NCBI GenBank assembly: GCA_050239825.1
Contig: JBFXGO010000036.1
Location: forward strand, 1 to 21,128
Length of the DNA: 21,128 bases
Source of the DNA: a bacterium
GTDB lineage: Bacteria; Hydrothermota; 32-111
Reading direction: 5' to 3'
The position numbers and the translations under genes were made by a program. Shown here in pieces: positions 16,627-21,128 of this stretch; position 1 is the stretch's first letter; each line of letters starts with the position of its first letter. The notes below the pieces were generated by a model. That model was given only the letters and a program-made list of their open reading frames with translations. It did not search any database and was not told where the DNA came from.

Positions 16627-17253
16627 GTGGTAGAGTTTTTTCAGAAAGGCGGATGGTCAATGTGGCCTCTTTTGGTTTGTGCAATAGTAGGAATAGTATT
16701 TGTTATAGAGAGAATTGTTACATTTGCTATAATAAATAAAAGTCCTAAAAAATTTGTAGAGTCTTTGAAGTCAATTATTGAGAAGGATGGCATCGATGCA
16801 GCAGTTCAGTTCTGCTCAAAAAATTCTTCTCCGTTCGCCCGCATTATGGAAGCGGCATTGACCGAGTTTCAGTATGTTGGAAAGAATAAGCAGGCCATAG
16901 AGGATGCAATTTCAAGAGCATCTGTTGTTGAACTTGCATTCCTTGACAGAGGCATGGCTTACATTACAGCGGTAATCACACTTGCGCCCATGCTCGGCTT
17001 CTTGGGGACCGTCTCCGGAATGGTCAATGCATTTGACGCAATAGCCCTTGCAGGTTCGGTTGAACCGAAGCTTGTCGCAAGCGGTATTTCAGAGGCTCTT
17101 ATAACAACTATGACAGGTCTTGTTATAGCTATACCTATTTCAGCGGCTCACACATACTTCTCATCAATCATAAACAGCTATTCAAGGTCTCTCGAAGATG
17201 CGTCAAACAAGATTATGGATATCTTGATGAGTTTGGAAATAGAAGAAGCATAA
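16627..17253 (+). CDS. exbB: MotA/TolQ/ExbB proton channel family protein
   Basis: GGWSMWPLL, APMLGFLGTVSGMVNAF, GISEALITTMTGLVIAIP. Confidence 0.93.
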   Translation: MVEFFQKGGWSMWPLLVCAIVGIVFVIERIVTFAIINKSPKKFVESLKSIIEKDGIDAAVQFCSKNSSPFARIMEAALTEFQYVGKNKQAIEDAISRASVVELAFLDRGMAYITAVITLAPMLGFLGTVSGMVNAFDAIALAGSVEPKLVASGISEALITTMTGLVIAIPISAAHTYFSSIINSYSRSLEDASNKIMDILMSLEIEEA

Positions 17254-17263
17254 CGGAGAAGGT

Positions 17264-17695
17264 ATGTTCAAAAGAAAAAAATCAACTGCATCCCCAGACA
17301 TACCGACCGCTTCTCTCGGAGACATTACATTTCTTATGCTGATTTTCTTTCTTGTGACATCAAGCTTCAGCACAGAGATGGGTCTTCAGATAGTTCTTCC
17401 CGAAGAATCCAAAGAGACAATTACCATGCTGTCCAAAAACATTGTTCATGTCAGGATAAATAAATTCGGAGATGTGAGGTTTGAGGATGAGCCTGTTGAA
17501 TGGATGAAGGTGAATGAAAAAGCGGTTGAAATGCTTGAAAAGCCCAATGGCGATTCGCTTGTCTTTTCAATCATACCGACCCGTATGGCAAAGTATGATT
17601 ACATGATAAGGGTCTTCGACCAGTTGAAGATTGCTTATGACAAGACTCAGATGAAAGAGAAAATAAGCCTGTCACCTGCAGAAGATGACGAGTAG
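17264..17695 (+). CDS. exbD: ExbD/TolR biopolymer transport protein (copy 1)
   Basis: ASLGDITFLMLIFFLVTSSF TM with the conserved Asp. Confidence 0.9.
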   Translation: MFKRKKSTASPDIPTASLGDITFLMLIFFLVTSSFSTEMGLQIVLPEESKETITMLSKNIVHVRINKFGDVRFEDEPVEWMKVNEKAVEMLEKPNGDSLVFSIIPTRMAKYDYMIRVFDQLKIAYDKTQMKEKISLSPAEDDE

Positions 17696-17703
17696 GAGCA
17701 AAC

Positions 17704-18132
17704 ATGAGAAAGCATTATCAAAAACTTGAACAGGGAAGTCCAGTCATTCAGACATCGACGACATCGGATATCGTCTTCCTTCTTTTGATATTTTTCATGG
17801 TGACTACCGTTTTCAGGCAGGAGCAGGGGCTCCAGATAGATATGCCTCAGGCATTATCTTCTAAAAAACTTGAATCGAAGCACATTTCCCATGTGTGGGT
17901 CGGCTATGATGGTGATAGAGGCGTCGTTTCCATAGATGACAGAATTGTTCCAATAGCCGCCATAAGAAATATCATTGAGCAGAAGAAGAGAGTTGACCCC
18001 AATCTGATAGTGTCGATAATGGCTGACAAGAACACACCCTATTCAATCTCCAATGATGTTTTCGGCCAGCTGATAAAGGCAAATGCCTTGCATGTCTCTC
18101 TCAGCGCTAAAAAAATAAGTGAAATCAAATAG
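17704..18132 (+). CDS. exbD: ExbD/TolR biopolymer transport protein (copy 2)
   Basis: SDIVFLLLIFFMVTTVF TM with the conserved Asp; IMADKNTPY. Confidence 0.9.
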   Translation: MRKHYQKLEQGSPVIQTSTTSDIVFLLLIFFMVTTVFRQEQGLQIDMPQALSSKKLESKHISHVWVGYDGDRGVVSIDDRIVPIAAIRNIIEQKKRVDPNLIVSIMADKNTPYSISNDVFGQLIKANALHVSLSAKKISEIK

Positions 18133-18145
18133 CTAAGGAGAGAAA

Positions 18146-18760
18146 ATGGATAAATTTATAACCAATGATATTAAAAACAGGTATCCTTTCTTCATCAAGT
18201 CATCTCTTCTTACAACTCTTGTGATGTGCATCATTCTGTTTGCTTTTGCTCCGAAGTTAAAGAATAATCCATACCAGATGAAAGCAAAGAAAGATGTTGT
18301 CGTGATGGAAAAGCTTCCTGAACAGATTCAGAAGATCAATGAGCCCAAAGAGATAGAGAAGCCTCAGCTTCCAAAAAAGATTGTCGAGACAACCAAAGAA
18401 TCTGAAGTAACGAAGAATATCGACCTGACAACGACCTTTGAAACAGAAAACATGCAGGATGATTATGAAGGAGAAATTTTCAGAATTTATGAAAAAGCGC
18501 CGCAACTTGCTCAGAGAATAGACCCCGATTATCCGCAGATGGCGCGTCAGCTTGGAATTGAAGGGACCGTCTTTTTGGAAATTATTGTGGAAAAGGACGG
18601 AACAGTATCAAGCGTCAGGGTTCTAAAATCAGTTCATCCGCTTCTTGACGAATCTGCGACAGCGGCCGCATACAAACTGTTATTTACACCTGCGATGACA
18701 AGAGACCTTCCGATAAGATGTTATGTCACTTATCCGATTACATTCAGATTGACTAAATAA
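18146..18760 (+). CDS. tonB: Energy transducer TonB
   Basis: N-terminal TM, Pro/Lys/Glu linker, TonB C-terminal domain PDYPQMARQLGIEGTVFLEIIVEKDGTV...FTPA...PITFRL. Confidence 0.92.
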   Translation: MDKFITNDIKNRYPFFIKSSLLTTLVMCIILFAFAPKLKNNPYQMKAKKDVVVMEKLPEQIQKINEPKEIEKPQLPKKIVETTKESEVTKNIDLTTTFETENMQDDYEGEIFRIYEKAPQLAQRIDPDYPQMARQLGIEGTVFLEIIVEKDGTVSSVRVLKSVHPLLDESATAAAYKLLFTPAMTRDLPIRCYVTYPITFRLTK

Positions 18761-18783
18761 AGAGATAATTAAAATTTGGGAAT

Positions 18784-18814
18784 AAAAAAACTCCGCGAAA
18801 GCGGAGTTTTTTTT
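18784..18814. terminator. Bidirectional intrinsic terminator between the convergent tonB and rpsT genes
   Basis: A7-CTCCGC-GAAA-GCGGAG-T8. Confidence 0.92.
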
Positions 18815-18818
18815 ATCT

Positions 18819-19070
18819 TTATGACTTCTTAACGAGTTTAGTGAGCTGAGACTTTTTATTGGCGGCTTTGTTCTTTTTTATAACATTTTTTGCCGCGGCT
18901 TTATCAATAATTTTGTAGCCTTCATTGACTATTTTAGTCTTCTCTTCCTCTGTTGATGCCTTAAGAGCGCGCTTCATGACTGATTTTATCTTTGATTTCT
19001 GTATGCGGTTCCTGCTTCTTTTTGCGACATCCTGTCTTGCCGATTTTACCTGTGATTTGCTTTTTGGCAA
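18819..19070 (-). CDS. rpsT: 30S ribosomal protein S20
   Basis: KSQVKSARQ...RNRIQKSKIKS...IIDKAAAKNVIKKNKAANKKSQL; TTG start with RBS GGAGGT. Confidence 0.95.
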   Translation of the reverse strand: MPKSKSQVKSARQDVAKRSRNRIQKSKIKSVMKRALKASTEEEKTKIVNEGYKIIDKAAAKNVIKKNKAANKKSQLTKLVKKS

Positions 19071-19097
19071 AAATACCTCCTGATTGATTTTTTATGT

Positions 19098-19125
19098 ATT
19101 ATATCGGTAAAAATCAAGATGTCAA
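19098..19125 (-). promoter_or_regulatory. Consensus sigma70 promoter of rpsT
   Basis: Minus strand TTGACA (19125-19120), 16 bp spacer, TATAAT (19103-19098). Confidence 0.75.
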
Positions 19126-19215
19126 GGGGATAGGGAGACTAATAAGATAATATAACAAGAAAAGTAAAGTTCTGGTATAATTATTCTGAATATGAAAAAA
19201 AATATAACAATCAAT

Positions 19216-19244
19216 TTGACAAAGATTAAAATATAGTTTAACAT
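19216..19244 (+). promoter_or_regulatory. Possible sigma70 promoter divergent from rpsT
   Basis: TTGACA (19216-19221), 17 bp spacer, TAACAT (19239-19244), upstream of RBS AAAGGAGG. Confidence 0.45.
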
Positions 19245-19270
19245 TTTATTAACTTTAACCCAAAGGAGGA

Positions 19271-19561
19271 ATGAAGTGTTAAAGGAATGGGGATGTTCAT
19301 ATAAGAATTTGGTTTCCTCTCTCTCTACAAAATCAGCGTTTAAGAGTAATTCAAAGGATTTTAACAATCATATGCATCATTACAACTGGGATGCTAATTA
19401 ATTCGGAAGAACAATCAGTCTCTGATTCTTTAAATTGTGCTACTTTAGGAAAAATATCATTATCGTTTGTTGAGGATGTTTCCATTATGGATGAAATAGC
19501 ATACGTAGCAAATGCAGGGGGAGGTCTTTCTTTAATTGATATAAGCAATTTCACAAGATAA
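19271..19561 (+). pseudogene. Disrupted 5' fragment of an LVIVD-repeat secreted protein
   Basis: The + frame reads ...QRILTIICIITTGMLINSEEQ...VEDVSIMDEIAYVANAGGGLSLIDISNFTR* (signal-like segment plus one LVIVD repeat). There is an in-frame TAA at codon 4 from ATG 19271, and GTG 19276 is in another frame. The frame ends at the IS remnant. Confidence 0.65.
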
Positions 19562-19703
19562 TGGCCTCTTGAAATAGGACACGATTTAATGATAGAATGT
19601 GTTAAAAAAGGAGGTAGAAACGGACTACAAGAGACACGAATCGGGATTCAAGGCGAAAGTTGCGCTGGAGGCAATAAGTGAGGTTGATATTAAAAAAATA
19701 TAA
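19557..19703 (+). mobile_element. IS3-family left-end remnant (IRL-like sequence plus first codons of OrfA)
   Basis: ATGGCCTCTTGAAATAGGACAC resembles an IS3 IRL. RBS AAGGAGGT is followed by ACG (19620; probable mutated ATG) and DYKRHESGFKAKVALEAISE, matching the HTH_Tnp_1 start motif FKAKVALEA. Confidence 0.7.
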
Positions 19704-19818
19704 AAGAAAGCATCAATCATTAAGATACAAAACTCCATCTGAAGTTTATGGAGGTATTACAAATGTTCAAACAGCTTAACAGTAAACACAATTTATCAAA
19801 ATCTTGTGTCTTGACAGA

Positions 19819-20505
19819 TTATTCTTTTACAAGTTTTTGCGATTTAAGGATTCTGTAAACAGAACTTAGAGACATAAAGAACCTTCCTGATTCATGACCA
19901 TATACAAAGATGTGACTTATAGGCTTATTCCAGAATCTTTCATCCCAAGCAGTATTGATAACAGCATCCCTTTCCTGAGGGAGGATTTTGTTCCATGCAG
20001 TTCGAGGTTTAAGAGGTTTTGGATTAGCCCATCTTCTATATTTACGGGTGTCTATGTCTATTATGGAGCACGACTCTTTCTGTGTTAAACCGTTATCAAT
20101 AGATTCTTTAATTGCAGTAACCACTTTTTGTTTTACCTCATTACTGAAATGACCTTTAAGATGTCCCTTAAGGTTCAGTCCACTCTTTTTTTTTAGCAAG
20201 GATAGCTTGTGCCCGACAGCGGCTAATGCATCTTTGGTGTTTTGCAGTTCCTGATTGACTTTCTCCAGTTCCTCCACAGGTACAAGCTGTTGCTTCCGTC
20301 CCGGCTTTCCCCTCTGTGCCAATGCAGACAATGCCGCAGATTGAACCTTCTTGCGGATGATTACAAGATCCCATGGCTTGAGATTGTGTTTTTTGAGAAT
20401 CTGTTTGACTGGAGCATTCGGCAAATTGCATTCCGTGTAAATCTGAAACAACTGTTCCGGAGTCAATTTTGACTTCTCTTTCTTCGTGTTTAGGATAGTG
20501 TCCAA
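19819..20505 (-). pseudogene. IS3-family transposase fragment: OrfA (HTH plus coiled coil) fused in frame to the OrfB N-terminus
   Basis: Coiled coil ending LSLLKKK at an A9G tract; then CSIIDIDTRKYRRW...NKILPQERDAV...SLSSVYRILK, typical of the OrfB N-terminus; stops before the rve/DDE core. Confidence 0.72.
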
Positions 20506-20566
20506 TTTTTACCTCCTGTAAGATTATTATAACTATTCCGCCGATAAATGCAACCGAGGCGGCTCA
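19819..20566 (-). mobile_element. Truncated IS3-family element (left inverted repeat to mid-OrfB; DDE domain and right end absent)
   Basis: Minus strand begins TGAGCCGCCTCGGTTG at 20566 (IS3-type TG end), followed by RBS AGGAGGT and a transposase ORF. Confidence 0.7.
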
Positions 20567-20595
20567 ATATACAGGGGTTACCACCTGTATATTGA
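20564..20595. repeat. Perfect 12-bp inverted repeat abutting the IS3 end
   Basis: TCAATATACAGG (20564-20575) / CCTGTATATTGA (20584-20595). Confidence 0.75.
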
Positions 20596-20671
20596 AAAAC
20601 CATCATTCATAGTGTATTATTTACACTATATGAGGACACTATCGCTGATAAACTCGGCAACCATTTAAGTA

Positions 20672-20830
20672 TTGACAAAAAAGAATATATTTAGTAAAAT
20701 TACTTTGTTAACATTGTTGAAATATAATAAATCTTTAAATAAAAATCGGGTCTTGACAAAAATAAATATATTTAGTAAAATTTATTTTGATAAAATTATA
20801 AAAATAATAAATATTTAAATAAAAGCTGGG
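20672..20830 (+). promoter_or_regulatory. Two ~80-bp direct repeats, each carrying a near-consensus sigma70 promoter
   Basis: TTGACA 20672 -17 bp- TAAAAT 20695 and TTGACA 20753 -17 bp- TAAAAT 20776; shared AATATATTTAGTAAAATT and ATAATAAAT-TTTAAATAAAA...GGG; 81 bp period. Confidence 0.8.
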
Positions 20831-20938
20831 ATGGATGAGAAAAAAAGAAAGAAAAGAAAAATCAAAAATATTATATAAAATAGTAATATTTATTAAATAT
20901 AAAATATATAAAAATTCTTCAAACTTTATGAGGAAATC

Positions 20939-21128
20939 ATGAAAATATTATATTATTTTGTTCTAGGAATAATAGTGTTATTCATTTTAAACAGTTGCGA
21001 AATAAGCTGGTTGGAAAGAGATTACTATTATGCAGGAGTAATGAATAGCGATTTAATAGTAAATGGCGAGAACATATACTTCACCAGATGTTACAAATTC
21101 AGTCCTAAAGGTGGTATTGATACTTATG
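20939..21128 (+). CDS. Putative lipoprotein, 5' part only (runs off the window; not in the ORF track)
   Basis: MKILYYFVLGIIVLFILNSC-EISWLERDYYYAG...; lipobox-like LNS-C; RBS GAGG; open to the window end. Confidence 0.7.
   Translation, partial: MKILYYFVLGIIVLFILNSCEISWLERDYYYAGVMNSDLIVNGENIYFTRCYKFSPKGGIDTY

Noticed and set aside
1712..18505. Numerous short antisense or alternative-frame ORFs in the track (e.g. 3430-3807, 4735-5211, 9833-10297, 13662-14102, 16153-16410)
   Set aside because: They overlap well-supported + strand genes and show no recognisable motifs; shadow ORFs
19122..19554. Minus-strand ORFs 19122-19367 and 19351-19554
   Set aside because: They are antisense to the promoter region and to the + strand LVIVD fragment, which carries the recognisable motif and RBS
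19763..19858. 31-codon ORF MFKQLNSKHNLSKSCVLTDYSFTSFCDLRIL after RBS GGAGGT
   Set aside because: It runs into the antisense strand of the IS fragment; probably a chimeric remnant and not supportable as a gene
19894..20472. ORFs 19894-20088, 20168-20431 and 20242-20472
   Set aside because: Alternative frames or antisense of the IS3 transposase fragment

Overview
Moderately AT-rich bacterial chromosomal window from a diderm, probably anaerobic organism; an FCB-related candidate phylum is an inference from gene content only. (1) 1-1010: array of at least three imperfect ~290-400 bp non-coding elements with nested, covarying hairpins. (2) 1174-16531: an apparently continuous 18-gene + strand operon. 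It contains gcvPB, a small conserved hypothetical, a GlmL/MutL(glutamate mutase)-like ASKHA ATPase, a barrel-sandwich/KOW protein, two tandem paralogous copies of an uncharacterised four-subunit membrane module (A-B-C-D), a LipM/LplA-family ligase, a DUF4388 protein, two Roadblock-like proteins and two small 3-TM proteins. (3) 16627-18760: exbB-exbD-exbD-tonB, converging on rpsT at a bidirectional terminator. (4) 19270-21128: decayed accessory patch with an LVIVD-repeat pseudogene, two IS3-family remnants, a duplicated sigma70 promoter and the start of a lipoprotein gene. The best candidate for an undescribed system is the GlmL-like ATPase plus the duplicated membrane complex; the structured repeat array is second. 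All family assignments are from motif recognition, without database searches.
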